Of a stretch of DNA of 64,000 nt, positions 46,735-59,655 are shown piece after piece. The notes under the pieces are model-generated. The model saw nothing but the letters and a program-made list of their open reading frames with translations. It did no database searches and was not told the origin of the DNA. Source of the DNA: the human T2T-CHM13v2.0 reference genome, Homo sapiens; contig CP068257.2 of assembly GCA_009914755.4 (NCBI GenBank), positions 18,208,001 through 18,272,000 on the forward strand, read 5' to 3'. Within the stretch, counting starts at the first letter, position 1; every line of letters starts with the position of its first letter. Position numbers and translations under genes: made by a program.

Positions 46735-46794
46735 GCTCTCTCTGTCTCTCTGTGTTTGTGTGTGTGTGTGTATCTATGTGTTTCTGTGTGTATC
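46735..46794. repeat. (TC)n/(TG)n compound microsatellite
   Basis: tctctctgtctctctgtgtttgtgtgtgtgtgtgtatctatgtgtttctgtgtgtatc. Confidence 0.9.
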
Positions 46795-47271
46795 ACATTT
46801 TAAAAATGTATTTATCTGCTGATGGATACTTATGTTTCTTCCAAATATTGCCTACTGTGAATAATACTGGAGTGAATATAGGAGTGCAAACATCTCTTCA
46901 CCATACTTATTTCAATTCATTTGAATATACCCAAAAACGGGATTGCTGGATTAGATGGTAATTCTATTTTTCTTTTTTTGTGAAACTTCCATAATATTTT
47001 TCCAAAGTATTTTTCAAAATGTAGACAGTTATATATACCAAAATATATGCATATATGAGTAGATATATACAGCATTGTGAAAAAGAGAACAAACATGGAG
47101 TGGGATCTATCTTACTTAATGTTACAAAAAAAAAGAGAAGAAGGATTTTTCTGAGGAAATAATGCCTGTTCCTATTTTATGTAGTAAATGAAAGTTCTTC
47201 AGGAGAAAAAAAACTGAAAAAGAGTAAGTATAAAGCAGTTATGCCCAAAGAAATAAAAATACAAAATAGCC

Positions 47272-47690
47272 TGTGTTATTCCATTTGTGTCACTATAAAC
47301 AAATACAGAGGCTGGAAAATTTATAAAGAAAAGCCATTTAATTGGCTCACATTCTGCAGGCTTCTACAAGAATAGTGCTGGCATCTGCTCAGCTTTGGGT
47401 GAGGGTGTCAGGGAGCTTATAATCATCACAGGAAGTGAAGAGAGAGCCACGGTCTCACGTGGAAAGAGGGGAGCAAGAGAGAGAGCGGGGAGGTGCCACA
47501 CTCTTTTAGACAATGAGATCTCATGTGAACTCCGAGGGAGAACTCCCTCATTATTGTGAGGACAGCGTCAAGACTCATGAATGATGTATCCCCATGACCC
47601 ACACACCTCCCACCAGGGCCCATCTCTAACACTGGGGATGAGTTTTCAACATGAGGTTTGATTTTTCAACATATCCTAGCCCTACATGAA
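47272..47690 (-). mobile_element. MST-type MaLR LTR
   Basis: ...ggctggaaaatttataaagaaaagccatttaattggctcacattctgcaggc...ggagcttataatcatcacaggaagtgaagagagagccacg...gccacactcttttagacaatgagatctcatgtgaactccgagggagaactccctcattattgtgaggacagc...catgacccacacacctcccaccagggcccatctctaacactggggatgagttttcaacatgaggtttga is the reverse complement of the MST LTR consensus. Confidence 0.75.
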
Positions 47691-47763
47691 GTTTGGCATG
47701 CTCTCTGTATCTCTGGGCAGGTATACCTTTCTCTCTGTCAGAGTGTCATTTTCTATTTCCATT

Positions 47764-48554
47764 CTCAACTCAGAAAGTGTGGACTTTAAAAATATATAAC
47801 TTTTTTTTGTCTGTAAACTTTCCCCTGAAACAAGAAGTTTCTTTTCCCTCTTGATATATACACCTGAAACATTTATCTTCTCATTTCTAGCAGGTCCTTT
47901 CTCCACATATGAATCTATATTTGCCTTTAATTTCACTCTGCCTATGGACACTTTAGTCTAAGCATATGAATTATACAAGAGTATCACTTTTCAAAATACA
48001 TAAAAACAAATAAGCTATCCTCCCCTTGGTCTGGCACCTTTCCTACTTCCCTGCTAATCCTCTCATGCGCACTTCTAGAAAGACTGCTTTATGCTTGCCT
48101 CCTTTACCTCCGCAGATACAGTAACTTTTCAATGCATTGTTCTTGGCCTTTTTATTTTCTGTAAAGTGTTCTTGCAAATATACCTGATATGGTTTGGCTC
48201 TGTGTCCCCATCCAAATCTCATGTTGAATTGTATCTCCCAATGTTGGTGGAGGGATCTGGTGAGAAGTGACTGCATTATGAGGGCAGATTTCGCCATGCT
48301 GTTCTCATGATAGTGAGTTTAGTCTCAGGAGATCTGATGGTTTAAAACTGTATGGAACTTCCCCCTCGTTCTTTCTCTCTCTCCTGCCACCATGTGAAGA
48401 ATGTGCTTGCTTCCCCTCCACCTTACACCATGACTGTAAGTTTCCTGAGGCCTCTCAGTTATGCTTCCTGTTAAGCCTGTGGAACGGTGAGCCAATTAAA
48501 TCTCTTTCTTCATAAATTACTCAGTTTCAGGTAGTTCTTTATAGCAGTAATACT
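47764..48554 (+). repeat. local segmental duplication, copy B (MaLR-internal-like ~420 bp plus THE1/MST-like LTR, no Alu)
   Basis: Collinear with 43493-44604 at ~93% identity, sharing the same private differences from the THE1 consensus. LTR portion is 48185-48554. Confidence 0.8.
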
Positions 48555-50263
48555 CTGGGGCATACCTAAGTCTATATATATAACTAACATGCTAGAACAG
48601 GTCTAGAATTGCTTTGGTAGATAAATGAATAAATTAATATAGGGTGGACATTTGCCTTTTTTTGGTGAACTTTATACTTTGGGCATATACAACATTGCAA
48701 TACAATTTACTAAAGAAACAAATCATGGTAGATATTCACTTTACTAACTTTACTTGTAATTCAACAACAAGCCTATGATATTTTCTTTGTCAGTCAAATA
48801 AACCCACCCCAAATTGAGTTATTTGAAGGAGAATGAATCATGCAGATGAATGGTGTGTTATATGTGTCATGAGCTAAATCTCATTTTCAGAGATAACATT
48901 GGCAATGAATCTAGGGCAGTCTCTAAAATCCATTGTCTGTTGGCAGTGCTAACTTTGAGTTCTTAAGGTAGTGGAGGTTAAATATCCTTTGGACCATGAA
49001 TTCTTTGCACTATGATAAAAGGATAAATTAAATCCTAATTTGGGGAGACTATTTTGATGATATCTATTCAAATTCATGTCTTTTGACTCAAAAAGTACAC
49101 ACCTATTTGATTGTATTATAGATTTTCTTGCTCATTAGCCACAAATAAAAATAATTTTTGTTTATTGTTTAGCAGGATTCTAAAAACAGCACATTGGTGA
49201 AACAGTGGTAACTATATATTCATAATACAGAAAAATACTATGGGTCTCACAATCTGCTATCAAAGGTGTGTATTTATCTGGAGTCTCAAATGGCAAAATA
49301 ACTCACTTCCAAGCTCGTGTAGGCTGTTGGTAGAATTTGTTTTCTTGAAGCTCTGTGGCTGAGGGCTCTGGATCCATAAAGGTTGTCAAATGGAGGCCAC
49401 CTTTAGTGCTTAGCCATTTATTTTTTCTGCCACGTAACCTTTTTCGTAAGCAGACCCTCACCAAAACATCTCAGTTTGCTTCTTAAAGATCAACAGGACA
49501 AGGAGAGCTAGCAGAACAGTGTTACACAGTGTAATGTAATCACAGATGTGACATTGCTTTATGTGTGTCATATTCTGTTAGTTAGAATCAAGTCACAAGT
49601 CTAGTTCACATTCTAAAGAAGGGGATTACACAAAGGCTTTAACACCAAGAGATTGAAAACCTTAGGGTCTGTCTGCCACAACAGAAAGAATCAAATATTA
49701 AGAGAGAAAAATATGTTCCATTTGCATATAGCACAGAGTGCCTAAAGAAAATACAGAAATGTGTTAATATTTATACAGGATGGTGATATATATAACTTAG
49801 TAAGTAAAAATCTGTACCAATTGCATTGCATTTTCAAGGGAGTCTTAAATAACATAAAACATTTGATGACTAAGTACTAATGAAGTAGTATTCCTTGACT
49901 GTGACTTTGTGCCAATAATAAAATATTCCTTTCTCTAGGCTAATTTATTACTTATTTTTATAATAAAATATATTCTGTGTAATCAAATTGAAAACACATA
50001 TTTTCAAACTAGTGATATGAGTGGATATGGTGACATTTTAATGGAGGTTACCATGCTTTATATAATTTAACCGAGGATATAATCGTATTATTTGCATTAC
50101 AACACCAATCTCAGTCCAATAATTATGGAGTGGCATTATTTGTACACCTCCAGATTGTCACTGTTTAACCCCTCTGATGAAGTAATCAAGTGTCTGGTTT
50201 TCAATATTGTTTAAAATACTCTTAATGTCTCTAGATAGTGGAAATTAGGTTAAGCTGAAGCAT

Positions 50264-50336
50264 CTTAAAGCTTCATAACACCAAACAGATGTTCTTAAAG
50301 CTTCATAACATCTTAAAGCTTCTTAACACCAAACAC
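50264..50336 (+). repeat. short tandem duplication (~3 x 'cttaaagcttcataaca[cc]aaaca' units)
   Basis: catcttaaagcttcataacaccaaacagatgttcttaaagcttcataacatcttaaagcttcttaacaccaaacact. Confidence 0.8.
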
Positions 50337-51099
50337 TATGATCAGGAGGTAGTGGTTCATTTCCACCCTATTTCCTCTTACCTTTCATGAACTCCATTCA
50401 AACATATGCATGTTGCTGAGATATAGTATGGTGCTTAATATCGCTGGGGAAGGAAATAGAAAAATAATAACTACATTGCATTGAAATATGTGCAAGTAAT
50501 AGTGTTCTAATAAAGGTGTAATATATTTTGTTGAATATAGAAAAATTGTGTAGTGTAAAACATTTTCCAAACTTTCTGTCTATTGTATTATATTTGTAAG
50601 ATTTAAACTGATGCTCCTTAGACTGTAAAACAAATACTGCCTTTCAAAAATAACTAAAATAATTAGATTGTGTTTTCAGATGAATTTTCTGGTGCTCATA
50701 TAATTAAAAAATAGTCCAATAGAATAAGAACTTCCAACTGAAAAAGAATAAAGGCATTGCCTATTGGAGTAACATATATACAGCTGTCTCTTGAGTAAAA
50801 TACTGGAAAATAAAGATGCAAGTACCTCAATGACATAATACCTAACATTTTCTAGCACATTATAAAATGTAGTCTACAATTACGTGTATTATTATTTATC
50901 TCCTGCAATAATGTAAGCTTTGTAAATGTAGAAATTTCTGTCTATATTGTTCTCTGATATAAAACTACTGTTTAGAGTAGTGCTGAATACAGGGTATATA
51001 TATATATGTAACTTTTCCTAAAATTTCTAGATAGTTGCAAACTTTACAGTTTTAATAGTTTGTTTTTTAAAAAGCATAATTTACAAAGCATACATGTAT

Positions 51100-51262
51100 G
51101 CCCTTCCTTCCTTCCCTTTCTTCCTTCCTTTCCTTCCTTCTTTCCTTCCTTCCTCCCTCCCTGCTCGCTTGCTTTCTCTCTTTTCTTTTCATTTTCTTTC
51201 CTTCCTTCCTTCCCTCCCCCTCCCTCCCTTCATTCCTTCCTTCTCTCTCTCTCTCTCTCTCC
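51100..51262. repeat. (TTCC)n/(CT)n polypyrimidine microsatellite ((GGAA)n on the minus strand), ~160 nt, ~98% pyrimidine on +
   Basis: ccttccttccttccctttcttccttcctttccttccttctttccttccttcctccctccc...ttccttccttccttccctccccctccctcccttcattccttccttctctctctctctctctctcc, immediately abutting the T-rich (A-tail) end of the minus-strand Alu at 51263. Confidence 0.95.
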
Positions 51263-51546
51263 TTTTATTTATTTTTTTTTTGTGAGACAGGGTCTCATTC
51301 TGTCACCCAGGCTAGAGTGCCATGGTGCCATCTTGGCTCACTGTAACCTCCACCTCCCAGGCTCAAGCAATCCTCACACCTCAGCCTCCTGAGTAGCCTC
51401 CTGAGTAGCCGGAACTAGAGGAGTGTGTCATCACGCTGGCTAATTCTTGTAATTTCGGCTTGTCTCGAACTCCTGGGCTCAAGCAATCCACCTGCCTCTG
51501 CCTCCCAAAGTGCTGGGATAACATGTGTGAACCATCGTGCCCAGCC
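51263..51546 (-). mobile_element. Alu SINE (older, internally deleted)
   Basis: ttttattttattttttttttgtgagacagggtctcattctgtcacccaggctagagtgccatggtgccatcttggctcactgtaacctccacctcccaggctcaagcaatcctc...cctcccaaagtgctgggataacatgtgtgaaccatcgtgcccagcc. Confidence 0.9.
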
Positions 51547-52141
51547 CAGCACGTATTCTTTTTAAATACAGCCCAGGTTTTCCCATCTACAGTTATTTGA
51601 TGTTATGACTTGTTCAAATAATCAAGTTATTCTTAAATTTTGTTTTCTTTTTCATCTAAGCAAAAGTTTATGGATGTTATATCAACTACATTTCATGTGG
51701 GGCATGCTTCACTACTATATATATTTATTGGTAATTGGGCGACAGAGTGAGACTTCATCACACAAAAAAATCTAAATCTTTAGTAGTGTAATTTAAAAAC
51801 AAGAATTTTATTTCCACACCAGCTTGAAGTCTGTGGTTTTAAAACAATTTCTTTTTAAGGTGTGCTTTACCTCAAAACTGGGAGGGTCTGTCTTTTATCT
51901 CAAACAAAACTACATGGAGAAAAGGTACTAAAGAAAGACAAATGCATTAGATAAATATTTTACCGTATAGTTGTCAGTAAACCAACTTAGAATTATCCTG
52001 CAGGGATTACATAAATAAATAAATACATAAATAAACAAACAAAATAAACACCTTTATGAACACTCCGACTGAGTGGAATATGTCTATATTCTTATAACTG
52101 CTTCAGTTCTAAAAGCCGGAGACACAGGAATCATTAAGAGG

Positions 52142-53600
52142 GGTTGAGTCAAGATGGCGGCCTGGAAGTAGCTCCTGCGCGCTGCTCTCACAGGGAGGAG
52201 ACAAAGGGCTGGTGAACACTGACCCTACAAGCTGATATCTAAGAAACCGTGTCGGACTCGATCAAGGCAGCAAGCCGACACAGAGAACAGAGAGGAGTGC
52301 AGCTGGGCAGCAGCCTGTCTGGGATAAACGCGGAGCCAGGAGAAGCTCCCCAACACAGGAAAGGGTGAGTGAGTAAGAGGCCCCTGAGGGCTTCACACTC
52401 TCCGCGGGAACCTGTGTAAGGTTGCGAATGGAAGACCCCCACCACCGCCCCCCTTCCCCCCGCCGGCCTCCCTGCACCCTCCCACCAGCTTCTAAACTGA
52501 GGCAGAGAGCCACCGGAAATGTTGCAGCGGCAGCTCTCAAGTCCAAGGGGACCTCCACAAGCCTTGGACCCTGGAACAGAGGCACCAGTGCCATCTCCCC
52601 AGTAGAGACTGCAGTCACAGTGCCCAGGAGCAGCAGGATTGTTCCCCTCCCTCCAGCCGCCAGCCGCCCCTCCACCCTACACATGCACAGGGTTCAGCGC
52701 CAGCTTCCAGGCCAGCAGCCCCACGTATGCCTGAACTTAGCTGGTGGGCGCAACCACTTGTTCCAGGAAACATCCCTCAGAGAGCAGACAGTGAGGTAGT
52801 CAGGCAACGCCCGCTAGAGCTCCCAGCCCAGCTTTCCTGCCCCTGAGTGAATTCATCCGGCAGGTGCAGTCTCTTGTTGTCCCAGGAAATCCCTGAATAT
52901 CAGGAGGGGATGACTCCGACCAACCCCACCTCTCCTAGCCAAGCAAGTCACTCCTGCTAGAGCTTCCAGCCTAAGGGCCTTAACTCTCCCTGAAATCTGC
53001 TGAGCAGCACAGCCTCCTATAGCCCTGGGAAATACCCAGAGGGCAGGGTGAACAGCTCCACCCATCCCCGTCTTTAGCAGACGAATGGACCACACTCACT
53101 AGAGCTTCCAGCCCAGCAATCTTGCTTCTGCCTGAATTTGCATGCGCAACCCTGTGTTCTCCTGGGAAGCACCCGGACAGCAGATTAGGTGACCCCCACC
53201 CACAACACCCCTGCAGATCCCAGCCAACGAGGACTTGTTGGCTTGGGCAGTACCCAGGCAGAGAGAAGCCCTAACTTTCAGATCACTGAGAGGTGAGGTG
53301 CCCAGCTTTGCAGGCTGGTTGAGGAGCAAGCATGTGTCTCCCTCCCAGCATCCAATGGGTAAGGATATGACTTGTCTGCCAACCAACCTCTGCCTTAGTG
53401 AACCCCGTGGGCCAGAAAACCTAGCAAAATAAACCTAGGCACAGAGTCAGTAATCGGAGGAGATTCCTCCAAGGCCCAGAAGCGGACTACGTGAGGGAGT
53501 CATCACTCTCTTCCCCTACACCACAGAACTCTACTGACCAACTGCAGAGGAAGAGCCTCTCTGCTGCCTAACAATCCCATGTCTTTGGCTTGTGTTCTCA
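52142..53600 (+). other. GC-rich CpG-containing retroelement-derived block with ~150-170-bp internal tandem sub-repeats; L1P-type 5' UTR-like (possible relic promoter)
   Basis: Starts gggttgagtcaagatggcggcctggaagtagctcctgcgcgc, reminiscent of the L1PA 5' UTR start ggg.gaggagccaagatggccgaataggaacagctcc. Three or more sub-repeats contain ctagagct[tc]ccagcc...cctgggaa.cacccgga/agagggcagg. The GC and CpG content is sharply elevated over the AT-rich flanks. Confidence 0.45.
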
Positions 53601-53620
53601 TTCCTTTCACATTTTTATTT

Positions 53621-55014
53621 TTTTTATTTTTTATTTTTATTATTATACTTTAAGTTCTGGGATACGTGTGCAGAACGTGCAGGTTTGTTACATAGGTATA
53701 CACTTGCCATGGTGGTTTGCTGCATCCATCAACCCGTCATCTACATTAGGTATTTGGCCTAATGCTATCCCTCCCTAGCCCCCCACCGCCAAACAGGCCC
53801 CAATGTGTAATGTTCCTCTTCCTGTGTCCACGTATTCTCATTGTTCAACTCCCACTTATGAGTGAGAACATGCCGTGTTTCATTTTCTGTTCCCACGTTA
53901 GTTTGTTGAGAATGATGGTTTCCAGCTTCATCCAGGTCCCTGCAAAGGACATGAGCTCACCCTTTTTTATGGCTGTATAGTATTCCATGGTGTATATGTC
54001 TCACATTTTCTTTAACCAGTCTATCATTGATGGGCATTTAGGTTGGTTCCAAGTCTTTGCTTTTGTGAACAGAGCTGCAATAAACATACGTGTACCTGTG
54101 TCTTTACAATAAAATGATTTAAAATCCTTTGGGTATATACCCAGTAAGGGGATTGTGGGTCAAACGGTATTTCTGTTTCTAGATCCTTGAGGAATTGCCA
54201 CACTGTCTTCTACAATGGTTTAACTAATTTACACTCCCACCAACAGTATAAAACTGTTATTTCTCCATATCCTCTCCAGCATCTGTTGTTTTCTGACTTT
54301 TTAATGATTGCCATTCTAACTGGCATGAGATAGTATGTCATTGTGCTTTTAATTTGCATTTCTCTAATGACCAGTGATGGTGAGCTTTTTTTCATCTGTT
54401 TGTTGTCCACATAAATGTCTTCTTTTGAGAAGTGTCTGTTCATATCCTTCTCCCACTTTTTGATGGTGTTGTTTGTTTCTTCTTATAAATTTGTTTAAGT
54501 TCTTTGCAGATTCTGGATACTAGCCCTTTGTCAGATGGATAGATTGCAAAAATTTTCTCCTATTCTGTAGGTTGCCTATTCACTATGATGATAGTTTCTT
54601 TTGCTGTGCAGAAACTCTTTAGCTTAATTAGATCCCATTTGTCAATTTTGGCTTTTGATGCCCATGCCTATGTCCTGAATGGTATTGCCTAGGTTTTCTT
54701 ATAGGGTTTTTATGGTTTTAGGTCTTACATGAAAGTCTTTAATCTATCATGAGTTATTTTTTGTATAAGGCATAAGGAAGAGGTCCAGTTTCAGTTTTCT
54801 GCATATGGCTAGCCAGTTTTCCCAACACCATTTATTAAATAGGGAATCCTTTCCCAATTGCTTGTTTTTGTCAGGTTTGTCAAAGATCAGATGGTTGTAG
54901 ATGTGGGACGTTATTTCTGAGGACTCTGTTCTGTTCCATTGGTCTATATATCTGTTTTGGTACTAGTACCATGCTGTTGTGGTTACTGTAGCCTTGGAGT
55001 ATAGTTTGAAGTCA
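53621..55014 (-). mobile_element. primate L1PA-type LINE, non-inverted 3' segment (ORF2 C-terminus plus 3' UTR plus poly(A)) of a twin-primed insertion
   Basis: T-rich tail, then ttattatactttaagttctgggatacgtgtgcagaacgtgcaggtttgttacataggtatacac...cctaatgctatccctccc..., colinear with the reverse-complement L1PA 3' end for ~1.4 kb, down to ...gtagccttggagtatagtttgaagtca. Confidence 0.92.
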
Positions 55015-55957
<943 letters not shown>

Positions 55958-55974
55958 ACATTTTTATTTGCAGA

Positions 55975-57070
55975 GCATAAGTGTTTAATTTTAATCAAAT
56001 CTAAATAATCGATTATTTTTTTTCATGGAGCATGCTTTTGGAGTAGTTTCTGAAAAGTCACTGCCATGCCACAACTGATAGAGTTTCTCTATGCTATCCT
56101 CTAGGAGATTTATTGTCTTGTGTTTTACATTTAGGTGTGTGAAAAATACATCTAGAGGTAATTTTTGTGAAAGGTGTATGGTCTGTGTCTAGATTAATAT
56201 TTTTGCGTGTGAAGGTCTAGTTGTTCCATCACCATTTATTGAAAAGATTACCCTTTCATCACTTTTATTACTTTTGCTCCATTGTCAGATATCAGTTGAT
56301 GATATTTGTATGGTTTCATTTTTGGGCTATTATGTTCCATTGATATATTTGTCCATTCTTTCACCAATTCCACACTGTCATGATTACTTTAGTTTAATAA
56401 TGAATCTTAAAGTTAGGTAATGCCAGTCTTCCAACTTTGTTCTCCTTTAATAATTTGCCATCTAACTTTCCTCTTTTGTCTCTCAATACAAGCTGAAGAA
56501 TCAGTTTGTGATACCCACAAAGAGCCTGCTACGATTTCTATTGGGATGGCACTCAATCAAGTTGAGAAGAACTGACATCTTAACAATATTGAGTTGTCCT
56601 ATCCATTCACATGGAATAGCTCTCTGCTTATTTAGTTTTTCTATAATGTATTTTATCAGAGTTATGTAGTTTTCTTCGTATAGATCTTGTACATTTCTTA
56701 AACTTATATATGCATAAGGATTTATTTTGGGGAGGTACAAAAGTAAATGGTATTTTATTTTTATTCTTAAATTGCACTTGTTCATTTCCGGTAAATAGGA
56801 AAGCAGTTGGCCTTTGTATATTAATCACGTACCCTGCAACCTTGCTATAATCACTTATTAGTTTCAGGAGTCTTTTGACTGTTCTTTTATATTTTCTACA
56901 TAGATAATAATGTCGTCTACATCTGAAGATAGTTTTCTTTCTTTCCAATCTGTAACTATATGTCTTGTCTTGTCTTATCGGATTAGTGAGGGCTTCCGGT
57001 ATGATGTTGTAAAGAAGCGGTAAATGGACATCCTTGCCTTGTTATTGATCTCAGCAGCAAGTCTGTGTGT
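55975..57070 (-). mobile_element. older L1 (L1M/L1PB-type) ORF2 fragment
   Basis: Track ORFs 56501-56785(-) and 56628-56948(-) translate to L1 ORF2-like peptides (...LISDYSKVAGYVINIQRPTAFLFTGNEQ...; ...EENYITLIKYIIEKLNKQRAIPCEWIGQLNIVKMSVL...). DNA motif tctagttgttccatcaccatttattgaaaagattaccctttc. Confidence 0.8.
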
Positions 57071-59340
57071 ATTTTTCAAAATTCTTTGTATCTGAATTTT
57101 GGAAGAAAAAACTTTGAAGCTTCCACATAGGTTTTAGTCACTGAATAAAGTTGTATTTTGTACTGCAATAAATTAAATAGGTTACTAAAAGCTTGCAATT
57201 TATATCAAATCTAGTGATAGCTAACTTTTACATAGTGCTTACTATATGCCAAAAAGTCTTCTTAAAGATTCACATGTACTGATTCATTTAATATTGTGTT
57301 ATTATTTTTCTAGTAATCAGGTAAGACACCAGGAGCAGGTGGAGGTTTAGTAAGTTGCACAGCCACTTTGCTACAGAGCCAGCTTGCAGAATCAGGGAGT
57401 CTGGAAACAAAGTCTATGTGCTTGACTATGAGATTATAGACTATCACATCAAAATTTCTGCCTTCCAGTGTTTTGTAATGTATTCATAAAGTTAATGTAT
57501 GTAAAAATTAAAGGATTTTAATATGATTTTGTTAATAAATAACAATAGTTAATGCTGTAAGAATTTCAACATGGATAAAACATACTTTATACCATTCAAT
57601 AGAAAGATGTAGATTAGTCATTACATTTGAGGGAGTGGGAAAAGAAGAAGAGAAAGTATTGATGAGCAGGTTCTACATTATGAACTAGGAAGAGTTAGAT
57701 GGATAATGGGGTAAATCATTAGAAAACAGATGAATTGTTCAAATGGTGTAAGGACGAGATAATATTAACTGTATCATTTTTATTGAGATAAATAGAGATA
57801 AATATCTATATACTTTGGGATTGTGATTGGTATTTTTAAAACACAAAATAAAAGACACAAAAGTCAATGGTAAAAGTTTATCCCTCTGACTTCATTTTCA
57901 AATACTTTAATTTACGTGTATTAATTAAAATTATAAATATAATAGCAAAATTATAAATAGAGAAAAATACTAGCAGCATATGTTACAAAAGGTTAATATC
58001 ATTTATTTATACATAATTAAAATAATAAGCCAATAAAAATGAAGATCAACATAGCAATGGAAAAATAATCAAAACCTACCAACATTATGTATTGTTGAAT
58101 TACATAGAATTTAAAAAGAAAAAAATTAAATTTACTTTTCAGTTAAATCTAAACTTGTTTCTTAGAATATAGGAAAATAACTTTGTTATTTTACACCATA
58201 ACTAAAAGTATATATATATATAGCAGTGATATCAATACAAGTTTCACAGAATTATCTTTTCAGATAAATAAATGCCTCCAGTATAAGCTAACAGATATTT
58301 AAGGTTAAAGTTATTCAGAATTTTTGTTTAATATAGATGTTTAAAAATATACTTAGCATGTGTAAGATTTCCAAAGAGGTAGCATTCTTAAGAATTATGT
58401 AAACACTGAAAATCATTAAATAATTCAGGTTCCTAGTTATGCAACCTAGAACAAGATACTTAAACTTTTTGCTTCAATTGCAACTGCAAAATAAGTATAT
58501 AGTAATTATATGAGTATGTAGTAATTCCCATTTCAAAGATTTGTTGTAAGATTTGTGTTTTAATATGTATAAAGTTTTTAGGACAATGGTTAGCACTAGT
58601 TACCTATTCAAGAATTACCTGTTATCTTATGGCATATTTGTTACATTTAAAAATGATTAGTATTGTAATTAGTTATTTTAGGAAGTCAGAACAGCCAACA
58701 TAGAGTGAGATGAAAGGAATAAGTCTTTTTGTGTTTCAGTTTGTCCACATACACAACAAAGTTTTTTCCTACAAATCATTTATGAATTTGTCCTTTCCTA
58801 TTTAAACTTCCATTAACCTCCAGGCTGAAGTCCAAGCCCCTTCCCTTGGCCTCCTCCAAATAGCATCAATATTTCAGTATCACTTTATCTCCTATCATTT
58901 ATTTCTCCTTACCTTTGGCAATATCCATAGGACATTTCTCATGTTCCCCAGATTTATCACATTCTTTAAAACTCTATGCTTCTCCAATACTATTTATTCT
59001 ATTTGTAATACTTTTTTTTCTAGATCATATTCTCCACTTAAAAGTCTATTTGCCCTTAAAGACATAGATTTTATGCCATCTCTTCTGAGAAGTCACATAT
59101 TGCTTCCATTCAGGTTAAATCTTTTCTCCTATAGATTGTAAACACCGTAAGAACCTGTGATGGCCTGATTTGCATTTTCACTTTGTGTCTGCATTATCCT
59201 TTGAACATCTCCAATCGTGATTTGTTTCAAAATGTTTGATTTTTAAATTTTATTTTATTTATTCATAATAACAAAATAAAATTATAATCAGTAATATAAT
59301 TTCTAAATGAATAATATTAAAATTAAAACTGATCCATTTA

Positions 59341-59621
59341 GCTGGGCATGGTGGCTCACGCCTTTAATCCCGGCACTTTGAGAGGCTGAGGCAAGTGGAT
59401 TGCCTGAACTCAGGAGTTTGAGACCAGCCTGGGCAACATGGTGAAATCCCATCTCTACTAAAAATACAAAAAATTAGCTGGGCATGGTGGTGTGCGCCTG
59501 TAATCCCAGCTACTCGGGAGGCTGAGGCATGAGAATTCCTTGGACCTGGGAGCGGAGCTTGCAGTGAGCCGATACTGTGCCACCGCACTCCAGGCTGGGT
59601 GACAGAGTGAGACTCTTTCAC

Positions 59622-59650
<29 letters not shown>
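59341..59650 (+). mobile_element. Alu SINE (AluS-like), full length, long poly(A)
   Basis: gctgggcatggtggctcacgcctttaatcccggcactttgagaggctgaggcaagtggattgcctgaactcaggagtttgagaccagcctgggcaacatggtgaaatcccatctc...ggctgggtgacagagtgagactctttcac + A~37; approximate TSD tgatccattta / tgattcattta. Confidence 0.95.

Positions 59651-59655
<5 letters not shown>

Noticed and set aside
51060-51392. Overlapping ORFs encoding FLP/SFL-repeat peptides
   Set aside because: They are translations of the (TTCC)n microsatellite and adjoining Alu, not coding sequence.
52262-52799. 140-aa (-) and 125-aa (+) ORFs in the second GC-rich block
   Set aside because: Same reasoning: overlapping antisense frames in GC-rich retroelement-derived sequence with proline/arginine-rich low-complexity translations. 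There is no start context or splice logic.
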